From a virus (taxonomy: Duplodnaviria > Caudoviricetes): a stretch of 52,892 nucleotides of DNA. Where the stretch lies: positions 1-52,892 of the IMG/VR virus record IMGVR_UViG_3300038797_000099. The stretch is one strand, 5' to 3'. A model generated the notes under the pieces. That model did no database searches. It was not told where the DNA came from and was given only the letters and a program-made list of their open reading frames with translations. The first letter of the stretch is position 1, and each line of letters opens with the position of its first letter. Shown piece by piece: positions 8,702 through 16,996 of this stretch. The position numbers were made by a program, and so were the translations under genes.

Positions 8702-9010
8702 TCACGTCTCAATCCCAGTCGCGGCGAACGCTTCAAGCTGCCGCGACCACTTTTGCTTTACGACGATTTCAGGTCGCGACATGCTGGCGAAGCGGGCCGA
8801 CTCTTCGGCCTGCGCCCCGGCCAGATTGATGATGAACGTCGACACCGTCTCCTGCCATTCCTCGAAGCCGTGGCGCTCGCCCAGCACCTGAAGCGCATCA
8901 TCGAGCGCCTTCGAAACAATCAGCGATCGCTTCTCGGCGCCGATCCGATCGAGCAGCGCCTTCTCCTTGGCTCGCTTGTCCTTCTGCAATTGCGCATTGC
9001 TCTTGGCCAT
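8702..9010 (-). CDS. Hypothetical phage protein
   Basis: 102 aa, GAGG SD, basic N-terminus. Confidence 0.7.
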   Translation of the reverse strand: MAKSNAQLQKDKRAKEKALLDRIGAEKRSLIVSKALDDALQVLGERHGFEEWQETVSTFIINLAGAQAEESARFASMSRPEIVVKQKWSRQLEAFAATGIET

Positions 9011-9085
9011 GGCCTACCTCTTCAATTCCGCTGGCCGGCAAGTCCAGCCAGGTCTGTCGTTTGCGTTGTTGGGTGCGAAAACGTC

Positions 9086-9550
9086 TCACGCTGCGACCTT
9101 CACCTGATGCCAAGCGCCGGCGGCGTAGAACAGCTTCGCGGCTTGCGCTTCGTCCATCGATATCTCGTCAGGAATGGCGATCCAGCCTGAGGCAACCAGA
9201 TGGTTTGGGTTCGCGCTGTTGCGCAGTTCCAGGTAGTAATGCTCGATCGCATCAGTCAGTCGCTCGACCTTGTAGATGCCCTCGGGCGAGATCTCCACCG
9301 ACTTGATGTACTCGGCGCCACGCTCGTCTCGACACATGGCGGCGATGTAGATCGTCCAGCGGTAGGAGAAATCAAAGATTGCGTTGGCGATCGCCAGACT
9401 GCGGATCTGCTTGCAGCTCTTCCAGTTCGCCATGATCTGGCTGCCGCTGGGGTCGATGTTCACCACTGCGACGTGATTGGTGCGCAGCAGCGCCCGGCAG
9501 CTGCGTTCAGCCCGGGCGAAACCGTTGTTGGGTTTGCGTTTCGACTTCAT
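9086..9550 (-). CDS. Hypothetical phage protein
   Basis: 154 aa, ATGA-coupled. Confidence 0.75.
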   Translation of the reverse strand: MKSKRKPNNGFARAERSCRALLRTNHVAVVNIDPSGSQIMANWKSCKQIRSLAIANAIFDFSYRWTIYIAAMCRDERGAEYIKSVEISPEGIYKVERLTDAIEHYYLELRNSANPNHLVASGWIAIPDEISMDEAQAAKLFYAAGAWHQVKVAA

Positions 9551-9789
9551 AGCGAGTCTGCCATTTTGCGCAGCGCCTTGCGTTCGGCGGCCGATATCGG
9601 TTTCGGCCGACGCTTGAGGACCGTTTCAGGGTCTATTTTCTTCGAGCGGGGCGGCGGGAGCGGATTGCGCGGCGGGCTTTTCAGTTGGTCGATCCGTCCG
9701 CCAGCGGCCAGGTACTGCGCGATTCGTTCAGCGATCGACTCGGCGTCGGGTCGGTGCTGCTCGACGAGGTTGAGGTTGTTGCTGATCAT
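9547..9789 (-). CDS. Hypothetical phage protein
   Basis: 80 aa, YLAAGGRI motif, in operon. Confidence 0.7.
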   Translation of the reverse strand: MISNNLNLVEQHRPDAESIAERIAQYLAAGGRIDQLKSPPRNPLPPPRSKKIDPETVLKRRPKPISAAERKALRKMADSL

Positions 9790-9791
9790 GC

Positions 9792-10460
9792 TCAGGCTCC
9801 TAATCGATGGGCTTGCGCCCGCGCTCTGTCCGCTACTTCGTCAACCATCCGGCCAAGCTCCAAATTGAACTGGACCAGCTCTTGATGAAGCATCGCGATG
9901 TACTCGTCATCGCGCTTGATGGTCTCGATGTACAGGCGGCAGTCTTCATCCTGTCGCGGATCGAACGACAGGAAATCCCACCATTCCCGGCCCGTAACGA
10001 ACATGCAGCCCTGAACCTGAGGCTTGTGTTCGTCGGGCATTCCTTCGAGCCAGGTTCGAACGTGGACGGCTTCATTGAATGGACACTTCGACTCGATGCC
10101 GCCGTCCTCGCCAATCAAGCCGTCCGGAGAGCAGCCCAACCAGTCGTATTTTGGATGAACCAAGAAGCCCGACTTGATGACGGTATTGCCGGTCAGAATT
10201 TCGTAAAAGTCGTGACTCGACTGCTCGACCTCGGTACCCCACGCCATCGACTTGCTGCTGACCGAATGCTTCGATCGGTTGGCCAGTCGCTCGAAGGCCA
10301 ACTCGCGCATGTAAGTGGTGCGGGCCGCGAGTGGCTTGCGCTTCCCTTGCTTGTCACGATCACCCCAAGCAATCACATCCTTGAACCTGCTTGCCGTGAG
10401 GCGCCCGCTGCGGTCTTGATGCCACTGCTCGGTGCGCTGAAGGTCTACTGAGGCGTTCAT
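9792..10460 (-). CDS. YqaJ/lambda-type exonuclease
   Basis: QRTEQWHQDRSGRLTAS, WG...E, SPDG, ESKCP, QVQ motifs. Confidence 0.92.
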   Translation of the reverse strand: MNASVDLQRTEQWHQDRSGRLTASRFKDVIAWGDRDKQGKRKPLAARTTYMRELAFERLANRSKHSVSSKSMAWGTEVEQSSHDFYEILTGNTVIKSGFLVHPKYDWLGCSPDGLIGEDGGIESKCPFNEAVHVRTWLEGMPDEHKPQVQGCMFVTGREWWDFLSFDPRQDEDCRLYIETIKRDDEYIAMLHQELVQFNLELGRMVDEVADRARAQAHRLGA

Positions 10461-11437
10461 TGATTACCGTCCTGCGGATCGTTGTCAGCACTGGCGCTCG
10501 AGCTTTCATTGAGGGTTGTAAACTCTGCCTCAATTGTCTGTGCAATCGACTTCAGCTCACCGTGACGTGTCACGCCAATTGCGCCACGCTGCTGCGGTTT
10601 CAGTGCCTTCCAGGCTTTTTCGTAGCCATCAATTCCTTGTTCTTGAGCGATCTTTTTGAGCTGCTCGAACAGGTCCGCAGTTGCGTCGGTGGCGTCGCCC
10701 TGAGGAACCGACGCAGCTCCCACATCTGCTGGCTTTTCGTTGGTAGATCGTGGGGTAACATCCGTTTCCGGAAGCGCGTAGCCGTCGTCCAGCTCGTCAC
10801 GTGTGTACACGCCCAGAATCACGTCGGGGCAATACAGACGAGCCCATTTTTTGAGGGCCAGGTACGCGATCTGCTGCTTCGGATCGTCCGCCCATAGCGT
10901 AGAGTTTCGGGTTCGTGCCTGAGTCATCAAGGTGGTCAGTTCGCGGGGAGCGTCTTCGCCAACGAACGTAGCCCAGACGCGGACGCCGAGGCCTTTCTCG
11001 TCGTTTATGTTCCAGTTTGGGACGCGGTATTTCTTCGGCTGTCCGTGATCATCCATTTGCTTTTTGCTTTCGATTTCACGGAAGTTGCCAATGATCTTGT
11101 CCCAGTCGCCGAACCACTCGTAATGGATTCGATCAAGGGTCGGCGCTCTCGTGGTAATCACCGCGTTGACGAGCTGTGCTTCATAGCTGAGCTGGCCGCC
11201 GTTGACGATGAATGTCTTCTGCGCCACCTGGAAGGGGTTCATGCCCCATTGCATGGATTGCATGATCACTGCCATGCAGTCGGCAGTGTTGCCGTGGAAA
11301 TGCTTCGGCAGGGTGGTTTTGCCGCCTGCCATGATGCCTGCGAGCTCAGTCATCGACTGCATGCTGTCGCGATTGAGGATCAGCCCTGTCGGGCTGGTGT
11401 CCATTGGTACAGTAGCGATCTGGGTTTGAGCGTTCAT
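10457..11437 (-). CDS. RecT/Red-beta family single-strand annealing protein
   Basis: QWGMNPFQVAQKT, LSYEAQLVNAV, WARLYCPDVILGVYT; adjacent to exonuclease. Confidence 0.85.
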   Translation of the reverse strand: MNAQTQIATVPMDTSPTGLILNRDSMQSMTELAGIMAGGKTTLPKHFHGNTADCMAVIMQSMQWGMNPFQVAQKTFIVNGGQLSYEAQLVNAVITTRAPTLDRIHYEWFGDWDKIIGNFREIESKKQMDDHGQPKKYRVPNWNINDEKGLGVRVWATFVGEDAPRELTTLMTQARTRNSTLWADDPKQQIAYLALKKWARLYCPDVILGVYTRDELDDGYALPETDVTPRSTNEKPADVGAASVPQGDATDATADLFEQLKKIAQEQGIDGYEKAWKALKPQQRGAIGVTRHGELKSIAQTIEAEFTTLNESSSASADNDPQDGNQ

Positions 11438-11492
11438 TCCTAACTCCATAGCCGACGACTTTGGCCGGCCTCCGGGGTGATTTCAGGGTTTG

Positions 11493-12635
11493 TTAGAACG
11501 ACAGGGCGCGCAGCCAGGCCGATGCCTCGTCATTGGTGACGCAGAAGGCCATGGCCACGACCTCGACCACTTCGCTGGCGCTCGGCATGTTCGAGTCAGC
11601 GACTTCGTCAGCCACTGGAACCGGATCAGCTCCCGATGCAGCTGTTGACGATGTGTCGGTAACGGCGGGTGTCGTGATGACGTCTGCAACCACAGCGGGT
11701 GCTGCAGCCAGTGCGCGCAGGCGAGCCAACTCTTCTTGGTCACGCTGATACTGCGCATCGCGTTCGCGCTGCTGGCGCTGCTGTTCTTCTTGCTGCTCAC
11801 GTTGCCGGCGTTGTTGCGCTTCCATATCGCGACGCTGCTGGTCGAGCTCATCCTGCTGCTTCTTCAAACGCAGGCGATCTTCCTCGGCACGCTGCTTGCG
11901 CAACTCTTCTGCTTCAGCATCGGCGATGCGTTGCTTCTCACGCAGTTCATCCAGCTCTTTTTGTTGGGCCAGCAGCTTGGCTGCCGCCTGTTCGCGGTCA
12001 ACAGCAGCCCTTTGCAGTGCTTCAAGCTGATCAATAGCGTTGTCGCGGGCAATGGTGGCTTCCGCTTCGAACTCGGCGTATTCGTCTGGCAGGATTACCG
12101 ACTCTTTGACGCTCAGAAGCACGTTGGCAACATCGGCAGCGTTACGGCTTGCATATGCAGCGGCGACTGAGCTGAATCGGGTGATTTTTGCTCGGATGGC
12201 TTCGATGCGCTCAGCTTCGATGCGCTCGCGTTCGGCCTTGGCGTCAGCTGCGCGCTTTTCTTCGGCCTTGATGGCTTCGTCGACAGGCGCTTCGATCGCC
12301 AGTACGCGATCCTTCAACGCCTCACCGAACTCCTTCACTTGGTTGACGCGAGCCTGGGCGTCTTTAACCGCCTGTTGATAGGGAATCAGCGCCGTTTTTG
12401 TGGTATTAGCCAAGGCGTAGCGGACATCGCGAATATCCACGCGAACTTCCTTCGCGTTCGCCAAGCCCTCACTTGTAGAGCAGTCGACAACGAGGTTCGC
12501 GTAGGTCGTTTCCAAGCGGACGATTTGTTCTTCATGCGGCCGATATTCGGCGATGTCAGTGACAGCTACTTTTGGCGCTACAGCGGTCATTTCGATGGAC
12601 TCTTGCAAAGGTGCTTGTTGGGCTTTTGCGGACAT
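11493..12635 (-). CDS. Long coiled-coil protein upstream of recT
   Basis: 380 aa, E/Q/R/A-rich heptads; AAGGA SD. Confidence 0.8.
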   Translation of the reverse strand: MSAKAQQAPLQESIEMTAVAPKVAVTDIAEYRPHEEQIVRLETTYANLVVDCSTSEGLANAKEVRVDIRDVRYALANTTKTALIPYQQAVKDAQARVNQVKEFGEALKDRVLAIEAPVDEAIKAEEKRAADAKAERERIEAERIEAIRAKITRFSSVAAAYASRNAADVANVLLSVKESVILPDEYAEFEAEATIARDNAIDQLEALQRAAVDREQAAAKLLAQQKELDELREKQRIADAEAEELRKQRAEEDRLRLKKQQDELDQQRRDMEAQQRRQREQQEEQQRQQRERDAQYQRDQEELARLRALAAAPAVVADVITTPAVTDTSSTAASGADPVPVADEVADSNMPSASEVVEVVAMAFCVTNDEASAWLRALSF

Positions 12636-12678
12636 GACGGTTCCTTGCCGCGCCGAGCGCAGCTCGTGGTGGTGTTGT

Positions 12679-12795
12679 TTATTGAGTGATGCGATCGGCG
12701 AGGGCGCTGAGCAGCATCAGGAAGGTGTAAATCGAGAGGACTCGAAACGAGCCGCGCCGAATCAGGATGCGGCGTGCACGCTGAAGGCTGGTCAT
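12679..12795 (-). CDS. Small hydrophobic protein (38 aa)
   Basis: MTSLQRARR...; ATGA-coupled. Confidence 0.5.
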   Translation of the reverse strand: MTSLQRARRILIRRGSFRVLSIYTFLMLLSALADRITQ

Positions 12796-12917
12796 CGGAA
12801 CACCTGGTAGGTGGTGGAGCGCGGCACCTGGCAAACGCTGGACGAATCGCGAGCCGCACTGTATGCAGCCATAACCACCAGCAGGCCAGCGGCAAGACAC
12901 CAGAACATGATTTTCAT
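12792..12917 (-). CDS. Small protein with hydrophobic N-terminus (41 aa)
   Basis: MKIMFWCLAAGLLVVMAAY...; ATGA overlaps both ends. Confidence 0.5.
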   Translation of the reverse strand: MKIMFWCLAAGLLVVMAAYSAARDSSSVCQVPRSTTYQVFR

Positions 12918-13084
12918 GGCCGAGCCCTCACAGCGATGCGGCCTTGTTTGATGGCCACCACCAGTGGAGGAGGGAGCGCCGAAACAGGAAGCTCACGAGG
13001 GATACCAGCGCCGACAACCGCGAGACTGCGTTCAATCTCTTCCAACTGCTCATCGAGAAGCGTTTTTACCGGGGCGGTTGTCAT
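12914..13084 (-). CDS. Small hypothetical protein (56 aa)
   Basis: MTTAPVKTLLDEQLEEIE...; ATGA overlaps both ends. Confidence 0.6.
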   Translation of the reverse strand: MTTAPVKTLLDEQLEEIERSLAVVGAGIPRELPVSALPPPLVVAIKQGRIAVRARP

Positions 13085-13314
13085 GCTGCAGCTCCTTGCG
13101 AGACGGAGGCGTTGTAGGAGGCGTAAATCTGGTCGATGCGTGCGCGGTAGTGACGGTGCTCGTTGTCATCAATGGCACGAAGCATGAAGGCCAGGGTGAT
13201 GCAGGATGTCGCTGCGGCGCTGGCGTTGGGCTTGCCGAGGTCGCGGATCATGTTGCTGATCTCGCCCTCGATCCAGGTCACCGCCGTTTGATGGTCACGC
13301 TGCTGGATGTTCAT
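13081..13314 (-). CDS. Hypothetical phage protein
   Basis: 77 aa, coupled. Confidence 0.65.
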   Translation of the reverse strand: MNIQQRDHQTAVTWIEGEISNMIRDLGKPNASAAATSCITLAFMLRAIDDNEHRHYRARIDQIYASYNASVSQGAAA

Positions 13315-13547
13315 TTGAGCCCCCAGAATTCGCCGTAGGCGACCACCGCTGCCGCGACTCGCTTGGCCCGCGCCTTGCGGTCGACCAACTCTTGAGCTGC
13401 CATCAGCGCCTGACGCTGTGTCAGTTCTTGAGCTGCGGCTTCGTAGTCGTGAAAGTCTTCAACCTTCGGCGCTTTCGGGCGCCCCCATTCATCAAAGCGC
13501 CGATCCCACTCTCGGGCCTGCGCACTGTCTGCATAGCTGGTTGTCAT
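13311..13547 (-). CDS. Hypothetical phage protein
   Basis: GGAGG SD, ATG 13547 (MTTSYADS). Confidence 0.65.
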   Translation of the reverse strand: MTTSYADSAQAREWDRRFDEWGRPKAPKVEDFHDYEAAAQELTQRQALMAAQELVDRKARAKRVAAAVVAYGEFWGLK

Positions 13548-13721
13548 GGTCGCCTCCGTGGTGGCGGGTGTTGATCCAACAAAACTCGGATGCACTCATC
13601 CGCTCCGCTGGTTGCCGTTGGGCGCGGAGGGGAGTGCATTCGGGTGGTGTCGGGGAAGGGTGACTAACTCTGCGCGCCAGCGTCTATCCAGCTCCGCACA
13701 AAGAAGTAATAAGGACGTTAC

Positions 13722-13961
13722 GTGGTTCGAAGAGCGATTTTACTGGTGCTGATTGCCAGCCTGGGTGGGTGTATGGCAACCGCCATGCGCATGGACTATG
13801 ACAAGCACCGGTGCCCCTACATTGGCGTGCGATTCGACTGGTGGTTGGTGGGTACCTCCAAAGGAAAGCTGATACCCTTTTTGCTGATCGACGCGCCGTT
13901 TTCTCTGGTGGTCGATACCGTCTTTTTCCCATTCGAATATCAATACAGCTGCAACCTTTGA
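13722..13961 (+). CDS. YceK/YidQ-like lipoprotein
   Basis: Lipobox LGGC; PYIGVRFD...LIDAPFSLVVDTVFFP signature. Confidence 0.8.
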   Translation: MVRRAILLVLIASLGGCMATAMRMDYDKHRCPYIGVRFDWWLVGTSKGKLIPFLLIDAPFSLVVDTVFFPFEYQYSCNL

Positions 13962-13973
13962 GCTATCGGGTGT

Positions 13974-14092
13974 CGCATCGGGGTGTGATCTGGCCGGGGC
14001 TCAACCGGCATTCGGCGGAAGGGACGGCCCTATAGGCAACCGGTTTGCACATCCGCTGCCCGAGGCTTGGCCTCAGATCACACCCCGATGCG
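13974..14092. repeat. Perfect 19-bp inverted repeat (CGCATCGGGGTGTGATCTG / CAGATCACACCCCGATGCG) with 81-nt interior
   Basis: Arms at 13974-13992 and 14074-14092. Confidence 0.9.
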
Positions 14093-14144
14093 CTCTCATA
14101 GAGAGGATCGGGCAGTTAACGACAGGCTGTCGTGGCGCTGGTTG

Positions 14145-14321
14145 TCACGCGTCGTAAGGCGGCTTCTCGCCGATGCGCTTCAGCTTTTCTTGCTGGAACG
14201 ACTCCGCGATATCGAAGGCCTTGCTTGGGATGAGCTCTGGCGACACACCGCCGAAGGACACAAGTCCAATCATTGCTGCAAGTGCGTAGCTTTCGATTTC
14301 TTCATGTTCATTGCGCGTCAT
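14145..14321 (-). CDS. Small hypothetical protein
   Basis: GGAG SD, ATG 14321 (MTRNEHEE). Confidence 0.6.
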   Translation of the reverse strand: MTRNEHEEIESYALAAMIGLVSFGGVSPELIPSKAFDIAESFQQEKLKRIGEKPPYDA

Positions 14322-14501
14322 CGTGATTCTCCGGTTGTTTTCCCAATGCACCCGTCACCAGGTGCATCAGTGAAAAATTCCGTGTTGCTCCGCACCCGCT
14401 TACCAGGTCATTCACTCAGTTCGGTCAACACCTCGTCCGCCGTCGCAGTGGGCTGCGCGTGGGCAGGCTGATACGATCCGTGAAAACCTTGGAGCTTTCA
14501 C

Positions 14502-14765
14502 ATGGATGCAAAAAGCCTCGAACTGTTGCGACAACTGAAGACCTCACTGACTCAGGAGCGAAGGGATCGAGAGTGGCCCGAGACGACCTGCAGGTTCTGC
14601 AAATCGCATTTCCGGTATCACTACAGCTGGAAGCCGGTGCCGATCATGTGCAAGGGCTGCCGTATTGAGCGGAAGACCCCGTACAAGCCCGGAGAAGGCG
14701 ACACTCTCTATCTCGAAACTCAGGTCTTTCACGGCGGATCGCCGGGAGGCGGCCGCCGAAAGTGA
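14502..14765 (+). CDS. Small zinc-ribbon protein (opposite-strand moron)
   Basis: CRFC...CKGC; GGAG SD. Confidence 0.6.
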   Translation: MDAKSLELLRQLKTSLTQERRDREWPETTCRFCKSHFRYHYSWKPVPIMCKGCRIERKTPYKPGEGDTLYLETQVFHGGSPGGGRRK

Positions 14766-14977
14766 CCTACTCGGCCGCGCCCGCTACTGGCGTCGGCTCG
14801 ACCGATAATCTCGTTGTTCCTCCAGCCGCGGGCCTTTCGGCTTGTTCTCCCGCTGGATAACTGCTTTCGACGTTTTACGCTGCACGCCCGGGTCAGTTGC
14901 TAACCCTCTGAACCGTTGAGGCCGGTTCATCGCTGCCTTCGAATCTGGGCCGGTGGTGATCCGGCAAAGGGTGTCGC

Positions 14978-14985
14978 TAAAGAGC
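14978..14985 (-). promoter_or_regulatory. boxA-like antitermination element (GCTCTTTA) downstream of pL
   Basis: Exact boxA consensus about 40 nt after the predicted pL start. Confidence 0.6.
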
Positions 14986-15030
14986 TGCGCGGCTTTCGCT
15001 GCTTGGCCGGAGTTATCCGGCTTGCGAATA

Positions 15031-15072
15031 AAAGTAGCAGCGCTGCTATTCAAAGTAAATAGCGCTGCTAAT
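15031..15072 (-). promoter_or_regulatory. pL promoter with OL operators
   Basis: TTTACT-17-TACTTT; palindrome TAGCAGCGCTGCTA at 15035-15048 and related AATAGCGCTGCTA site. Confidence 0.8.
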
Positions 15073-15089
15073 AATAATTTTTGAGGGCA

Positions 15090-15115
15090 CAAAAAAGCCC
15101 GCGTTCAGCGGGCTT
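15090..15115 (-). terminator. Rho-independent terminator ending the immunity operon
   Basis: AAGCCCGC-loop-GCGGGC then U-tract on minus strand. Confidence 0.75.
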
Positions 15116-15139
15116 GATAGGTCGTCTCGTTGGATCAGC

Positions 15140-15943
15140 TTAAGACGGTACCCAGTACATGTTGCATTGAATATCATGGTTGTCACTGAGCTCCACAGAG
15201 ACCACTTTGGCGGATTGCTCATTCTCAAAGGGGCCCGTGATGATAGTGTTGCCATCTACCGCAAGCACTGGTATGGCTAGACTTTCAAGGAGGTTCTCAA
15301 TTCTGATCGAGTCTGATGGAGGGGTTTTAATCCGAACTGTCCAACCCTGAAAAGAACGCTCGATAATACTGTCCGTGATAGGCGGATATTTCCCGCTCAC
15401 TGAATCCCTGTAAACAATCTCGCTGAACAGTCTTGGGCCGTCTCGCATTGTGATCAGGGCTTGCTTGGCTTCGTCCTTCGTCTCGAATGGCCCTGCGCCA
15501 ACGGCCAGGCCGATCATCGAAACTACGGGAAGTCCGGTGGCAGCAATGGCTTCTATCGTGCGCAGCTGCTCTTCCTCGTCACGACAGGAAGTTGAAGCGA
15601 CCCATCCATTTTTCAGTCTTGGAGCTGCCATCGGCTCAACGTCAGCACCACAGTGTTTGCATTTTATTGCTGCCATCTTGATAGATTCGGCACAGAGAGG
15701 GCAGGGGCGAGTGTCGGTGTCAGCGCCAGCTTGGGCCGCGGAGGATTTGCCCCCCAGCAAAATCATGAGTAAGCCTGCCAACATAATCATGCCGCCTACG
15801 ATGGTATGCACTTGGCGGTCAGCCATGAGACCAAGGTTGTTAACCCTACCGCCGGATCCCGTCGCGACGGAAACATCCATACCAAGCGCAAATACCAGCC
15901 AGCAGATGCCGACAACTATTGCAACGGTCCCAAATCCTTTCAT
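15140..15943 (-). CDS. Membrane protein with zinc ribbon and two SPOR-like repeats
   Basis: Two TM helices, CPLCAE..CKHCG, duplicated GPFE...AK motif; GAGG SD. Confidence 0.7.
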   Translation of the reverse strand: MKGFGTVAIVVGICWLVFALGMDVSVATGSGGRVNNLGLMADRQVHTIVGGMIMLAGLLMILLGGKSSAAQAGADTDTRPCPLCAESIKMAAIKCKHCGADVEPMAAPRLKNGWVASTSCRDEEEQLRTIEAIAATGLPVVSMIGLAVGAGPFETKDEAKQALITMRDGPRLFSEIVYRDSVSGKYPPITDSIIERSFQGWTVRIKTPPSDSIRIENLLESLAIPVLAVDGNTIITGPFENEQSAKVVSVELSDNHDIQCNMYWVPS

Positions 15944-16312
15944 TGGATCCCTCCTCAATTGAGCCAAAATTTTACCATCTGTGGCGCAGAGCCACTATCT
16001 GATACGCCGCCATTCGGCACCACCGAACACTTGAATACGGTTTGGCCTCTACCGACTCACAACCTTACACGTGGACACCGTGAGCGATGATCGGAAAGGA
16101 CAGGCGCTCGCCGGATGTCGAAGGCTACTCGAAAAGCCCGAAATCCGGATGGATACCGAGGAGCAGTACAACAAACTGCTGAAGCTGGTGTGCTGATGTA
16201 GTCGAGGAGAGGCCCTTGAACGCTCGAAGTTTAAGGGCCTAGGGATATTGATAATTATTCACTTAAAATTAGAAGCTTTAGACATGGCGTAAAAAAGGTG
16301 AGCTGGTCTCTT

Positions 16313-16960
16313 TTATTTTACGCCAAGAACCGGAAAGCGCTCCGGGGCTTTCCTGATAACAGCATTTTGCTGGGCTTTGATAAGCTCCTTCTGACTTGTG
16401 TCGTGGTGTAACTTTGCAGTCCATGTCTGATGAAGATTAACGATTCCTTCATATAAGGGATCATCGTCAGTGGTTCTTGCTTCTACTAAGTAAAGCATCA
16501 TGTCGTTAATAAATTTCAGTATTGGTGCGCTCTCGAGTTTGTAGCACATATCCTCGTCGGCAACTCCCGAAAAAACATATTGGGATAGAGTTTCAAGATG
16601 ATTTAGGCTGTCTGTAATATGGTTGCTGAACTTTATTTGATCCGCGTCGTGGTACCATTTTTTCCACTCATCCGTAAATTTGTTGTGCGCCGAAGAGTAT
16701 CCAATGATTTCGTATGGGTGCTCCGGTTCGTCTGCCGATGTCTCGAGATCAAAGGCGCTGCAAAAACTGACATTAATTTGATCCATCTTTCTTTCAAGTA
16801 TTTCGATGGACGTAATAATGCTTTCTCTCTTAAAGCGAGTCGCAGACTCATCGTTGGATGCTTTTAGTTGTAGCCAAGCGGCTCGAATGCCAAATATTAC
16901 AACAGGCCAGGAGAGGTAATATATAAATTCTGCAATCTCTTTAACTTCCTTGAATTCCAT
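16313..16960 (-). CDS. AT-rich hypothetical membrane protein (DUF4760-like)
   Basis: N-terminal TM; LNHLETLSQYVFSGVADE pattern; directly downstream of cI. Confidence 0.6.
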   Translation of the reverse strand: MEFKEVKEIAEFIYYLSWPVVIFGIRAAWLQLKASNDESATRFKRESIITSIEILERKMDQINVSFCSAFDLETSADEPEHPYEIIGYSSAHNKFTDEWKKWYHDADQIKFSNHITDSLNHLETLSQYVFSGVADEDMCYKLESAPILKFINDMMLYLVEARTTDDDPLYEGIVNLHQTWTAKLHHDTSQKELIKAQQNAVIRKAPERFPVLGVK

Positions 16961-16996
16961 TCTTGAACTCCATGTGATATTTATTTGGATTGATTT

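Noticed and set aside
8898-9113. ORF (possible GTG start at 9089) coupled to the 9086 stop
   Set aside because: Overlaps the 8702-9010 gene by 113 nt; cannot be supported without homology data
14784-15092. 102-aa ORF as a possible N protein
   Set aside because: Starts upstream of pL and runs through operators and leader hairpins
16087-16197. Short plus-strand reading frames between immunity-region genes
   Set aside because: No clear SD or coherent ORF; probably a decayed fragment
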